Source: an uncultured Gemmatimonadales bacterium (lineage in GTDB: Bacteria; Gemmatimonadota; Gemmatimonadetes; Gemmatimonadales; GWC2-71-9). From it: a stretch of 64,000 nt of DNA. The translations under genes and the position numbers were made by a program. The notes under the pieces are model-generated. The model was not told where the DNA came from and did no database searches. It saw only the letters and a list, made by a program, of their open reading frames with translations. The stretch's first letter is position 1. Each line of letters starts with the position of its first letter. Positions 11,629-21,076 of this stretch are shown one piece after another. The DNA is taken from positions 849,706 to 913,705 of the forward strand of contig CAWETL010000003.1 of the NCBI GenBank assembly GCA_963812085.1, given 5' to 3'.

Positions 11629-11659
11629 AGCCCCCGCCCGGAATCCCGGCGCGGGGGCT
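11629..11659 (+). terminator. GC-rich hairpin downstream of the lipoprotein gene
   Basis: agcccccgcccgg-aatc-ccggcgcgggggct, an imperfect stem followed by gctt. No strong T-tract. Confidence 0.35.
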
Positions 11660-11771
11660 GCTTGCACTCCAGGCCAGCCAGTCGGGCCCCTTCTAGCGGA
11701 CCCGCGTACCGGGCTGTCTATTGGTCGGCTTCGGCCCTATCAGCAGGCAAGTCGCGAACGGGGAGGTCTCG

Positions 11772-12950
11772 ATGCGTATGGACTGGCGGTTCCTCGCGGT
11801 GGTGGGCACCATATTGACATCAGCGATGCCCACCGAGACGGGTGCGCAAATTCCCGGGATCAAGAAGCCGAAGGTACCCTCGGTCCCCTCCGTACCTACC
11901 GTACCCACGGCCCCCGCGCAGACCGCGCAACCCGCGGCCGCGGAACCGGCCCCGGCCGCCGCGGGCCAACCGGCGGCCACTCCCGCGGCCGCCCCCGCGA
12001 AGAATGAGGCCCCCGGTTCGGGCGTCTGGGTCAACTATGATTTTCAGCCGGGAGAGATTCCGCTCTACGTGGATGACTTCTCCCGCGACCGGGTCGGAAA
12101 CTTCCCGAAACGGCTGGAGTTCGAGTCGGGCAACATGGAGGTCGTCGAGTGGAATGGCGTGCGATTCCTTCGCGCGACCACCCGAGCCAGTTTCGCCATT
12201 CCTCTCCCCGACGTCCTGACCGACCGGTTCACCATGGAGTTCGACGCCACCGGCTCCATCGCCAATATCTTCGCCACCATCACGTTCTCTCCGACTGCCA
12301 CCAGCTACGCGACCTACCGGTACTTCAACGATCGCATGCAAGGGGGCATCGATGGTACCGGGCCGAACGCCCTCGCCTTGACGGGTCCGACGGCGTTCGA
12401 GACGCCGTTCCGATTCCGCATTATGGCCGACGGCAAGTACGTCAAGGTCTACATCAACGAGACACGGGTCGCTAATGTCCCCAATGCCGATCTGGGGCGC
12501 TCAAACAAGATCAGGGTCGAATTTGCCGGGTCGGAGGAAAAGCCGGTGTTCATCGGCAACCTGAGCGTGCTGGCGGGCGGGCGTGAACTGTATGACGCCC
12601 TCGAGGAGAACGGTCGGGTGGCGACGCAGGGGATCTACTTTGCCTCGGGTTCCGACCAGATCAGGCCGGAGTCGACTCCAACGCTTGTCGAGATCGCGGC
12701 GATGCTGAAGGACCACCCCGACCTCGACATCCTCATCGAGGGGCATACCGACAACGTGGGGAACGCGGCCGCCAACCTCGCGCTCTCGGACCGCCGCGCG
12801 GCGGCCGTACGAACAGTCCTGATCGACACCTACAAGATCGACGGCAACCGCCTCACCACGAAGGGATTTGGCGATACCGTGCCGGCGAAGCCGAACACGA
12901 CGCCGGAGGGCCGCCAGGCGAACCGGCGAGTGGAGTTGGTCAAGCAGTAG
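11772..12950 (+). CDS. OmpA/MotB C-terminal-domain protein with Pro/Ala-rich linker
   Basis: GGGAGG RBS at 11761-11766, then ATG 11772. Signal-like MRMDWRFLAVVGTILTSAMPTETGAQ. C-terminus shows YFASGSDQIRPES...LIEGHTDNVGNAAANLALSDRRAAAV...ANRRVELV. Confidence 0.8.
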   Translation: MRMDWRFLAVVGTILTSAMPTETGAQIPGIKKPKVPSVPSVPTVPTAPAQTAQPAAAEPAPAAAGQPAATPAAAPAKNEAPGSGVWVNYDFQPGEIPLYVDDFSRDRVGNFPKRLEFESGNMEVVEWNGVRFLRATTRASFAIPLPDVLTDRFTMEFDATGSIANIFATITFSPTATSYATYRYFNDRMQGGIDGTGPNALALTGPTAFETPFRFRIMADGKYVKVYINETRVANVPNADLGRSNKIRVEFAGSEEKPVFIGNLSVLAGGRELYDALEENGRVATQGIYFASGSDQIRPESTPTLVEIAAMLKDHPDLDILIEGHTDNVGNAAANLALSDRRAAAVRTVLIDTYKIDGNRLTTKGFGDTVPAKPNTTPEGRQANRRVELVKQ

Positions 12951-13008
12951 AGGATCGGCCGGCCAGCGCCGACTTGCCATCGTGGTTCCCTCCGCGGTAC
13001 AATTCGGA

Positions 13009-13344
13009 ATGCCTCGCCTCAAGCGGTCCGGCGTGATTCGGGTTGTTGCCCTCTTCCTGTTGCTCACGGGCGGGAGTCTGTCGACTCTCGAATTCGTGCT
13101 GCACAGTGGGGCGGGCCACGCCGAATCGAGTTACCACCTGGGCACGACCGGCTCGCGCAACACTCCGCACCACTGCCTCGGCACCGCCATGTCCGGGGCC
13201 GGAGTCACCCCGGTCGTGGATGCCCGGACGCTCCTCTCCTGCCCCGATGGCCTCGAAACCCCGGTCCGGTCCGAGGCTGCCCTGCTGGCATTCGCCCCAG
13301 CCGTCCTCCCTACCACGCGAGCTCCTCCGACGATTCCCGTTTGA
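13009..13344 (+). CDS. Hypothetical small membrane-anchored His-rich protein upstream of the efflux operon
   Basis: Internal ATG 13009: MPRLKRSGVIRVVALFLLLTGG, then HSGAGHAESSYHLG...TPHHC. No recognisable family; coding status uncertain. Confidence 0.3.
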   Translation: MPRLKRSGVIRVVALFLLLTGGSLSTLEFVLHSGAGHAESSYHLGTTGSRNTPHHCLGTAMSGAGVTPVVDARTLLSCPDGLETPVRSEAALLAFAPAVLPTTRAPPTIPV

Positions 13345-13398
13345 CCTGGTGACCGGCTGCCCTTCCGGGCGTCGGCTATTCCAATTCAAAGGGATCGT

Positions 13399-14760
13399 AT
13401 GCGACACCTTCTCATGGTGTGCGCGCTGGCATTGACAGCCGGCACCGCACATGCGCAGCAGGCCGACAAGCAGCCAGAGACGACCGCTGCCGACACGGCG
13501 GGACTGCGAATGCCCCCGGACTGTGCCCGGGACTCCCAGCCGCAGGACGTCGCCACCGCCGACTCGCTCTGTCTCAGCCGGCCGGAGGCGGTCGCTGCGG
13601 CGCTGCAGCGCAATCCGCAGCTCAAGGCCGTCGAGGAGCAGGTGGCGCAGGCCCGGGCCCGCAAGGTCCAGGGCACGGCGTTCCCTGACCCGCAGTTCGC
13701 GGCCGAGTGGGGCAACTCGACCCGACTGTTCGGCGGGGAGGCCGGGACCAAGACGGTGGCGGCCACGCTGACGATCCCCTTCTTCGACAAGTTCCGCCTC
13801 TGGCACGACATCGGGCGGGCGGACGTCCAGGCCAATCAGGCAAACCTCGAGCTCGTTCGTCAGCTCCTCGCGTCACAGACCTCGGAGACCTACGACTCGC
13901 TGCTGATGTCGATTCGGCATCGCCGGATCCTCGAGGATGCCAAGTCGATGGCCGACGAGTTCCTGGCCAAAACCGAGTCCCGGTTCCGGGCGGGGACCGT
14001 CCCGCGACTCGATGTCGTCCAGGCCCAGGTGGACGAGGCGAGCGCGCAGAACGACCTCATTGCGAGCGAATCCGGGGTGGCGAACGCCCGTGCCGCCCTC
14101 AATCGCCTCCTCGACCGGCCCCTCGGCGCCCCGATCTCGGCCTCCGATTCCCTGGCCGTCCCTCCCGACCTGCCGCCCCTCGACACGCTGCTCGGCGCCG
14201 CGGTGGGCGCGCGCCCCGACGTCACGGGCCTCAACCGCCAGCTGGAGGGCGCACGGGCCAACACCGCCCTGGTGCACGAGTTCTGGTTCCCCGACATCGC
14301 GATCGGCGTCGGCCACGACTATGCCGCCCCCGGCCCCGGCAATCTCTTCACCGCGGTCTACTTTCCGATTCCAATTTTCTACTGGAACCACGCCAAGGGC
14401 GAGATTGCCCAGTCGCGTCACGCCGAAGCCGAGCTCGAGGCCTCGCGGCAGGACCTGCTCGCCCAGGTCAACCAGGACGTCCGGGTGGCGTATGCGGCGG
14501 CCTCGACCTCGCTGCGGCAGGTGCAGTTCCAGCGCGATGTCCTGGTGCCGTCCGCGCGCGAGGCCTACCGAATCGCCATCGCCAGCTATGCGCTGGGGGG
14601 ATCCTCATCGCTCGAGGTGCTCGGCGCACGGCGCGCCCTCACCGACGCCGAAAGCCAATACACCGACGCACTCGCCGCTGCCGACATGTCGCGAGCCGAG
14701 CTGGAACGCGCCGTGGCCGTTCCCCTTTCGTCCTTCCAGGCCGGAGGTCCCGCCCGATGA
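13399..14760 (+). CDS. czcC: Outer-membrane efflux protein (TolC/CzcC family)
   Basis: Signal peptide MRHLLMVCALALTAGTAHAQQ. Two-repeat OEP pattern. Stop overlaps the next ATG (ATGA). Confidence 0.8.
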   Translation: MRHLLMVCALALTAGTAHAQQADKQPETTAADTAGLRMPPDCARDSQPQDVATADSLCLSRPEAVAAALQRNPQLKAVEEQVAQARARKVQGTAFPDPQFAAEWGNSTRLFGGEAGTKTVAATLTIPFFDKFRLWHDIGRADVQANQANLELVRQLLASQTSETYDSLLMSIRHRRILEDAKSMADEFLAKTESRFRAGTVPRLDVVQAQVDEASAQNDLIASESGVANARAALNRLLDRPLGAPISASDSLAVPPDLPPLDTLLGAAVGARPDVTGLNRQLEGARANTALVHEFWFPDIAIGVGHDYAAPGPGNLFTAVYFPIPIFYWNHAKGEIAQSRHAEAELEASRQDLLAQVNQDVRVAYAAASTSLRQVQFQRDVLVPSAREAYRIAIASYALGGSSSLEVLGARRALTDAESQYTDALAAADMSRAELERAVAVPLSSFQAGGPAR

Positions 14761-15899
14761 TCCGCTCCGATCTCCTCGCTGCTTCCCTCGCGGCCCTCCT
14801 CGCGCTGGGATGTTCCAGGAAGGTCTCCCCGGGTGACGCACCGGCGGCGGGCAACTCTCCCGGCCAGGTCGCGGTCGACTCCGTCCAGCGCCGCCGGTTC
14901 GTCCTGCAGCGAATCGACTCCTCCCGCTATACCCCGGCGATCGTGACGACCGGCACCGTCGCCTTCAGCGCGGATCGCTCGACGCAAGTGCTTGCCCCGA
15001 TTTCCGGTCCGGTTTCCCGCCTCCTGGTGCAGCCGGGCGCCCGGGTGCGCGCCGGCCAGGCGCTGGCCACCGTGGCCTCATCCGACTTCGCCGATGCCGT
15101 CGCGAACTTCAGCAAGGCCGAAGCGGTGTGGCGGAACGCGAAGAAGATCGCGAACCTGGACGAGCAACTCTACGCCAGCGACGGGATCGCTCGCCGCGAC
15201 GTGGACCAGGCCCGGACCGACCTCGATGGCGCCACCGCTGACCGGGACGCCGCCCTGGTCCAGCTCCGCGCCCTCGGCGCGGACGACGCCGCGGTCGCCC
15301 TGATCCGGAGCGGGAAGGCGGACAGCGTCCCGATCGAGGCGATCATCCGGGCACCGATCGCCGGCACGGTGGTGGAGAAGCTGATCACGCCCGGCCAATT
15401 GCTGGAGGCCGGCAGCACCCCCTGCTTCACCATCGCCGACCTCGCGACCATGTGGGTCATGGCCAATGTCTTTGAACAGGACATCCGGGAGGTCCACGCG
15501 GGCGAACGGGCCGCCATCGTCACCGATGCCTCCCCGGACACCCTGGGCGGGAGGGTGGACTACGTTGCCGCGCTGGTCGACCCCTCCACCAAGGCCACGG
15601 CCGTCCGCATCGTGGTGCCCAACCGGGATGGGCTCCTCAAGCGCGACATGCTGGTGCAGGTCACCATCGCCTCGGCCAGGCCGCACACCGGGCTTCTGGT
15701 GCCGGTGGCGGCCGTGCTTCGAGACGACGAGAACCTCCCGTACCTCTTCCTCGCCGCGAACGACAGCACCTTCGACCGGCGGCGCATCACCCTCGGGGGG
15801 CGGGTCGGAGGCCGGTACGTCGTGTCCGACGGCCTGACCGCGGGCGATCGCGTGGTGGTCGATGGCGCGGTCTTCCTGCAGACGATGGGGGCGCAATGA
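14757..15899 (+). CDS. czcB: RND efflux periplasmic adaptor (membrane fusion protein, CzcB-like)
   Basis: ATG 14757 in frame with ORF 13707..15899. MIRSDLLAASLAALLALGCS, then lipoyl/beta-barrel motifs (APISGPVSRLLVQPGARVRAGQALATV, IRAPIAGTVVEK). Confidence 0.8.
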   Translation: MIRSDLLAASLAALLALGCSRKVSPGDAPAAGNSPGQVAVDSVQRRRFVLQRIDSSRYTPAIVTTGTVAFSADRSTQVLAPISGPVSRLLVQPGARVRAGQALATVASSDFADAVANFSKAEAVWRNAKKIANLDEQLYASDGIARRDVDQARTDLDGATADRDAALVQLRALGADDAAVALIRSGKADSVPIEAIIRAPIAGTVVEKLITPGQLLEAGSTPCFTIADLATMWVMANVFEQDIREVHAGERAAIVTDASPDTLGGRVDYVAALVDPSTKATAVRIVVPNRDGLLKRDMLVQVTIASARPHTGLLVPVAAVLRDDENLPYLFLAANDSTFDRRRITLGGRVGGRYVVSDGLTAGDRVVVDGAVFLQTMGAQ

Positions 15900-18800
15900 C
15901 CGGTCCTGCCGACGCGCCCGCGGGTCCGACGGACCCCTCCGCGAGCCCGTCGATCATCCATCGCATCGTGTCGGCGGCGCTGGCCCAGCCTGTCCTGGTG
16001 CTCATCGTCGCCCTCGCGGCAACGGCGGTGGGCGTCTGGTCCTTCAGCCGGCTCCCGGTGGACGCGTACCCCGACTTGTCCCCCCCAATGGTTTCGCTGA
16101 TCTCCGAATGGCCCGGGCATGCGGCCGAGGAGGTCGAGCGGCTGGTCACCGTGCCCGTCGAACTGGCGATGAACGGCCTGCCCGCGGTCGTCTCGGTGCG
16201 GTCCATCTCGCTCTACGGCCTGTCCTCCGTCGACCTCACCTTCGCCGACGGCACCGATCCGTATTTCGCACGCCAACAGGTGTTCGAGCGACTCCCTGAC
16301 GCGGGCGTGCCGGACGGCGTCTCGCCGAGCGTCGCGCCGCTCGCCTCACCGTCGGGGCTGGTCTATCGCTACGTGCTCGAGAGTCCCGACCGGTCGCCGA
16401 TGGAACTCAAGACCCTGCAGGACTGGGTCATCGGCAAGGCCTATCGCGCTGTGCCCGGGGTGGCCGACCTCTCGGCCTTCGGGGGCCAGTCGATGGAGTA
16501 CCACGTGGTGCTCGACCCCACGAAGGTCGCGGGCGCAGGGCTGTCGGTGCCGGCCATCGCTGCCGCGCTGGGCGCCAACAACGGGAACGCGGGCGGCGGC
16601 TTCTACTCCGAGGGCGGGCAATTCTACTACGTCCGGGGGCTGGGACGGCTGAAGACGCCAGAGGACATCGGCCAGGTGGTCCTGGCGGTGAACAACGGCA
16701 CGCCGATCCTCGTGCGGGACGTCGCCCGCGTCGAGATCGGGGCCGCGCCCCGGCTGGGGCAATTCGGGTTCAACGACAACCCGGATGCCGTCGAGGGCGT
16801 GGTGATGATGCGGACGGGCGAGCAGGCCCAGACGGTGCTCAAGGGCGTGCAGGCGAAGACCGCTGAACTGAACCAGTCGGGGCTGCCCAAGGATGTCCAC
16901 ATCCGCCCCTTCTACGACCGGAGCGACCTGATCCACCTCACCACCCGGACGGTGGTGGACAACCTGCTGCGCGGGATCGTGCTGGTCATCATCGTCCTGA
17001 TGCTCTTCCTGCTCGACGTCCGCTCGGGATTGATCGTGGCGGTGACCATTCCGCTCGCGCTGCTCTTCGCGGCCATCTGCCTCGACCTGAGGCACATTCC
17101 GGCTAACCTGCTCTCGATCGGGGCGATCGACTTCGGCATCCTGGTGGACGGCGCCGTCGTGATGGTGGAGAACATCTACCGCGCGCTGGTGGCCCGGGAG
17201 GGCACCGAGTATTCCATCAGGGAGGTCATCGTTGCGGCGGCGGGCGAGGTGGACCGGCCGGTGGTGTACGCCATCGCCATCATCATCGCCGGGTTCCTCC
17301 CCATCTACGTCCTGTCCGGGCCCTCCGGCCGCCTGTTCCGGCCGATGGCCGACACCACCATCTTCGCCCTGGTCGGCGCGCTGGCGCTGACCCTGACGGT
17401 CGTGCCCGTCCTCTGCGCCTGGCTCCTGCGCGGGGGCGTCCGCGAGCGCCGCAACGTCGCCTTCGAGGCGATCCGCGACGCCTACACCCGGACCCTCGAC
17501 TGGTGCCTCCGCTATCCGCGGCGCACCACGGGCGCCGCCGTCGCCGCCTTCGTGGGTGCCCTGCTCCTGACCCGCTTCATCGGCGCCGAGTTCATGCCCC
17601 ACCTCGACGAGGGCGCGCTCTGGGTGCGGGCCACGATGCCGCCGACGATCTCGCTCGAGGAGTCCAGCCGGATCGTGCCGGAAATCCGCCAGCTCCTCCG
17701 GACATTCCCGCAGGTGACCGAGGTCGCCTCGGAGCATGGCCGGCCCGACGACGGCACCGATGCGACCGGCTTCTTCAACGCCGAGTTCTACGTCGGGCTC
17801 AAGCCCTACGGGGAGTGGGAGGGGCCCATTCGGACCAAGCCCGAGCTGATCGAGGCCATCGGCCAGAAGCTGGCTCGGTTCCCCGGCATCACCTTCAACT
17901 ACACCCAGCCCGCCGAGGATGCGGTCGACGAGGCCGAAACCGGCCTCAAGAGTTCGCTCGCGGTCAAGATCTTCGGCCCTGACCTGCAGGTGCTCGAGGC
18001 GAAGGCGCGCGCCATCGCCCGGGTGATGGGCGAGGTGCGGGGCATCGACCGGATCCTGGTGGTGGAGGAACTGGGGCAGCCCAGCCTGACGGTCGACATC
18101 GACCGGGCCAAGATCGCCAAGTACGGCATCAACGTCGAGGACGTCAACGGCCTCATCGAGGCGGCGGTCGGGGGCACGGCCGCAACCCAGGTGGTCCAGG
18201 GGGAGGAGCTCTTTGACCTGGTGGTCCGCCTCGACCCGAAGTACCGGGAAACGCCGGAGGAGATCGGCTCGATCCTGGTGGCGGCGCCCAACGGCCAGCA
18301 GATACCCCTGCATGAACTGGCGACGATCGAGGTCGCCAGCGGCGCGTCGTTCATCTACCGGGAAGGCAATTCGCGCTATATCGGGGTGCAGTATGCCGTC
18401 GAAGGCCGGGACCTGGCAGGCACGGTCCAGGAGGCGCGTTCGCGCGTCGCCGCGGTGGTGTCGCTCCCGCAGGGCTATCGGGTGGAGTGGGGAGGAGAGT
18501 ACCAGGAATACACGGCGTCCCGAAGCCAGCTGGCGGTGGTCCTGCCGCTCACCGTCGCGCTGATCTTCCTCCTGCTCTTCGCGCTCTACCGGAACGTCAG
18601 CTTTCCGCTCATCACCGTCGTCGGGGTGGCGCTGTCCGCTCCCGTCGGGGGCCTCCTGACGCTGGCCCTGACGGGCACCCCGTTCTCGGTGTCCTCCGGC
18701 ATCGGATTCCTGGCGCTCTTCGGCGTATCGGTGCAGACCGCGGTGGTCTACATCTCCTACGCCAATGAGCTGCGCCTCGGCGGGCGCTCCATCGCGGACG

Positions 18801-19030
18801 CCGCCCGGGAGGCGGCGATCTTCCGGCTCCGGCCCATCATGATGACCGCGCTGGTGGCGGCGCTCGGCCTGCTGCCCGCCGCACTCTCTACGGGAGTCGG
18901 CTCGGACTCCCAGCGCCCCTTCGCGCTGGTCATCGTGGGCGGACTGATTTCACGGCTGTTCATCAGCATCCTGCTCATGCCGGTGCTCTATGTCGGCGTG
19001 GCGAGGGAGGGCGACCGGCTGGAGGTCTGA
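15896..19030 (+). CDS. czcA: Heavy-metal efflux RND pump (CzcA/HME family)
   Basis: 1044 aa with 12-TM RND layout. TM4 motif AIDFGILVDGAVVMVEN (about 17118-17175) matches the divalent-cation HME signature DFG-DGA-VEN. Confidence 0.9.
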   Translation: MTGPADAPAGPTDPSASPSIIHRIVSAALAQPVLVLIVALAATAVGVWSFSRLPVDAYPDLSPPMVSLISEWPGHAAEEVERLVTVPVELAMNGLPAVVSVRSISLYGLSSVDLTFADGTDPYFARQQVFERLPDAGVPDGVSPSVAPLASPSGLVYRYVLESPDRSPMELKTLQDWVIGKAYRAVPGVADLSAFGGQSMEYHVVLDPTKVAGAGLSVPAIAAALGANNGNAGGGFYSEGGQFYYVRGLGRLKTPEDIGQVVLAVNNGTPILVRDVARVEIGAAPRLGQFGFNDNPDAVEGVVMMRTGEQAQTVLKGVQAKTAELNQSGLPKDVHIRPFYDRSDLIHLTTRTVVDNLLRGIVLVIIVLMLFLLDVRSGLIVAVTIPLALLFAAICLDLRHIPANLLSIGAIDFGILVDGAVVMVENIYRALVAREGTEYSIREVIVAAAGEVDRPVVYAIAIIIAGFLPIYVLSGPSGRLFRPMADTTIFALVGALALTLTVVPVLCAWLLRGGVRERRNVAFEAIRDAYTRTLDWCLRYPRRTTGAAVAAFVGALLLTRFIGAEFMPHLDEGALWVRATMPPTISLEESSRIVPEIRQLLRTFPQVTEVASEHGRPDDGTDATGFFNAEFYVGLKPYGEWEGPIRTKPELIEAIGQKLARFPGITFNYTQPAEDAVDEAETGLKSSLAVKIFGPDLQVLEAKARAIARVMGEVRGIDRILVVEELGQPSLTVDIDRAKIAKYGINVEDVNGLIEAAVGGTAATQVVQGEELFDLVVRLDPKYRETPEEIGSILVAAPNGQQIPLHELATIEVASGASFIYREGNSRYIGVQYAVEGRDLAGTVQEARSRVAAVVSLPQGYRVEWGGEYQEYTASRSQLAVVLPLTVALIFLLLFALYRNVSFPLITVVGVALSAPVGGLLTLALTGTPFSVSSGIGFLALFGVSVQTAVVYISYANELRLGGRSIADAAREAAIFRLRPIMMTALVAALGLLPAALSTGVGSDSQRPFALVIVGGLISRLFISILLMPVLYVGVAREGDRLEV

Positions 19031-19111
19031 ACGCAGGACTTGCTGACCTGGCGGCCCCAAGCGCAGCGAGGGCAAGGAACCGGAATAGGCAACCGATCCG
19101 GGACGGGTACG

Positions 19112-19222
19112 CGGCGTGGCGGGCGGACCGCAGTGCGGAATCTGGAGCGGTCGGAAGCGTCTCGAGACGCCGCGGGGCGGCTGACCGGCCACAAGACGGA
19201 TTCGGTCTATGCACGGTACAAC
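19112..19222 (+). pseudogene. C-terminal remnant of a phage-type tyrosine integrase
   Basis: RRGGRTAVRNLERSEASRDAAGRLTGHKTDSVYARYN resembles the box II end (HDLRRTAVRNL...GHK...Y.RYN) of tyrosine recombinases. No upstream body. Abuts an attC arm fragment at 19219-19241. Confidence 0.55.
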
Positions 19223-19253
19223 GACTGGCGCATCAGCTGCGGCCCCCGGGTGA

Positions 19254-19599
19254 GAGCTCGGCATCACCCACCAGCGCACCACGCCCGGCAGCCCCCAGGA
19301 GAACGGCGCCCACGAACGCCTGCACAAAACCCTCAAGGCACGCGCGACCCGGCCCCCTGCCGCGAACTTCAACACCCAACCGCGGGTCTGCAATGCCCTT
19401 CAGGCGACCTACATCGAACACCTTCCGGCTCCACTCCAGCCAACACTTCCTGAGCCAGGCGCTCAACAACGAACACATCGGGCTGGAGGAAGTCCGAGAC
19501 GGCCTCCGGAACCTCCTCCACTACGAGACGCTCCTCGGACGCGTTGACGAACACACCCACACCATCGCCGGGGCTCCCTCCCTCGGAGGAAAGTGTTAA
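19254..19599 (+). mobile_element. Degraded C-terminal fragment of an rve (DDE integrase-core) IS transposase, IS481-like
   Basis: ELGITHQRTTPGSPQENGAHERLHKTLKARATRPPAAN in one frame, then FRR...IGLEEVRDGLRNLLHYETLLGRVDE in another. Internal deletion and frameshift. No N-terminal part and no inverted repeats identified. Confidence 0.55.
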
Positions 19600-19619
19600 C
19601 CATGCCCCCAGGCATTCTG

Positions 19620-20111
19620 TCAGCTATGTCCCTGGTTGCTCAGTGGAGGCCAAAAGCCAGCATGGACAGCCCGCGCCTCATCGCTCAACATTGGCCCGGA
19701 GACAGTGACCGGTTCGGTGGCCCGTGCGATGAGCTCGCGGCACGGTACCAGGAAATCGGGTCCTGTCACCGCAGCCAGTTCCTCGGCCGAGAGGGCATAG
19801 ACCAGTGAGCGGATGCCCGCCCAGTACAGCTTGCCAACGCACATGGCGCATGGCTCACAGCTGGTGTAGAGCGTGGCTCGCCGGATTTGGTCTGGCGAGA
19901 GCCGCCGGATGGCACTCGCAATGAGGTTGGTCTCCGCATGGCTGGTTGGATCCCGCTCGGAATGAACGGCATTCATCGCGGTAAGCACGACCTCTCCGTC
20001 GAGAACGAGAAGCGCGCCAAAGGGATGGTTGCCCTCGGCCCGGGCTTGGCTGGCAAGCGCGATCGCCTGCCTGACGAATTGCTCGGGCGGAGTCTGCGGC
20101 CCCAAGTTCAT
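19620..20111 (-). CDS. CMP/dCMP-type zinc deaminase (nucleoside/guanine deaminase-like), cassette-borne
   Basis: HAE and PCAMC zinc motifs (DPTSHAETNLI...CEPCAMCVGKLYWAGI). Start taken at internal ATG 20111 (MNLGPQTPPEQF). Confidence 0.75.
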   Translation of the reverse strand: MNLGPQTPPEQFVRQAIALASQARAEGNHPFGALLVLDGEVVLTAMNAVHSERDPTSHAETNLIASAIRRLSPDQIRRATLYTSCEPCAMCVGKLYWAGIRSLVYALSAEELAAVTGPDFLVPCRELIARATEPVTVSGPMLSDEARAVHAGFWPPLSNQGHS

Positions 20112-20140
20112 CTTACCCCTTAGGTGGATGCAATCCAGCG

Positions 20141-20198
20141 ACACAACGATTGAGTTCAGCCGCCGCCGAAGGCCGGCGGCTGCAGCGAAAGGTTAGAC
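20141..20198 (-). repeat. Short (58 bp) attC-like site
   Basis: On the cassette strand: GTCTAAC box (20198..20192), stem cagccgccg/cggcggctg, distal GTTGTGT (one mismatch to GTTRRRY). About 22 nt after the SDR stop. Confidence 0.55.
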
Positions 20199-20220
20199 CT
20201 CGTATTGTCCGAGCCCACGA

Positions 20221-21003
20221 CTAGCAAATCGAGTAGCCACCATCAACTGGCAGGGTGACGCCAGTGATGAAATCGGCAGCGGCAGATGCCAGGAAGACGG
20301 CGGCACCGGCTACTTCGTCAGACTCACCCCATCGAGCCGCGGGCGTACGCGCCAAGATCATCTTGTTGAATTCGGCATAGTCCGCGTTCTCCCGCGCGAT
20401 CGCGGTCATCTCGGTGGCGATCCAGCCCGGTGCAATCGCGTTGACTTGAATGTGGTGCGGCGCCAGTTCAACAGCCATCGCCTTGGTCAGTTGCACGATG
20501 GCCCCTTTGGCTGCGCCATAGGACGGGAACATTCCCGCGCCAAAGTAGGAATACATGCTCGCGAGATTGATGATCTTTCCCCGTTTGCGCTTGACCATGG
20601 AGGCCGCCGCATATTTGGAAAGGAGAAATGTCGCATCGAGATGCGTGGCCAGCGTCGTGTCCCAGACTTCGGGCGACTCGTTGAGAATGCCGCCAGTCAC
20701 GGTCGCGACTCCCGCGTTGTTCACGAGAATATCGATCCCGCCCAACGCTGCTTCGACCGCGTCAATGGCACCGGACAGCGTTTCACGCGCTGTCACGTCG
20801 AGGTGTAATGCCATCGCCGGAACGCCGAGGGCCTTCAACTCGGCAAGCACCTGACTGTTCTTTTCTTCACTCCGAGCGAGCACGGCAATTGCCGCGCCGG
20901 CGCGGGCCATGCCAAGCGCAATCGAGCGCCCGATGCCGCGGTTTCCACCGGTGATGACGGCAACACGGCCGCCGAGTTCAAAAGGGGATGAGGCGCTGGC
21001 CAT
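20221..21003 (-). CDS. Short-chain dehydrogenase/reductase (classical SDR), cassette-borne
   Basis: TGGNRGIG, NNAG and YGAAK motifs. 260 aa. Confidence 0.85.
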   Translation of the reverse strand: MASASSPFELGGRVAVITGGNRGIGRSIALGMARAGAAIAVLARSEEKNSQVLAELKALGVPAMALHLDVTARETLSGAIDAVEAALGGIDILVNNAGVATVTGGILNESPEVWDTTLATHLDATFLLSKYAAASMVKRKRGKIINLASMYSYFGAGMFPSYGAAKGAIVQLTKAMAVELAPHHIQVNAIAPGWIATEMTAIARENADYAEFNKMILARTPAARWGESDEVAGAAVFLASAAADFITGVTLPVDGGYSIC

Positions 21004-21025
21004 TCTCTGCTCCGGTTGTTGCGAG

Positions 21026-21068
21026 GCCTAACGAATGGCGCATCAGCTGCGAGGGCGCTGGTTAGGCC
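21026..21068 (-). repeat. Truncated attC (deletion derivative of the 131-bp type)
   Basis: ggcctaacgaatggcgcatcagctgcgagggcgctggttaggcc. Both boxes and one arm are kept; the sequence between two gcgctg microhomologies of the long form is missing. Confidence 0.6.
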
Positions 21069-21076
21069 GGTGGCCC

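Noticed and set aside
12940-13806. 288-aa minus-strand ORF between ompA-like and czcC
   Set aside because: It overlaps the well-supported czcC start and signal peptide on the opposite strand. Its sequence is R/G/E-rich with no motifs.
19040-19453. 137-aa ORF as an intact gene
   Set aside because: It is a chimera of an integrase C-terminal remnant, an attC arm and out-of-frame transposase sequence.
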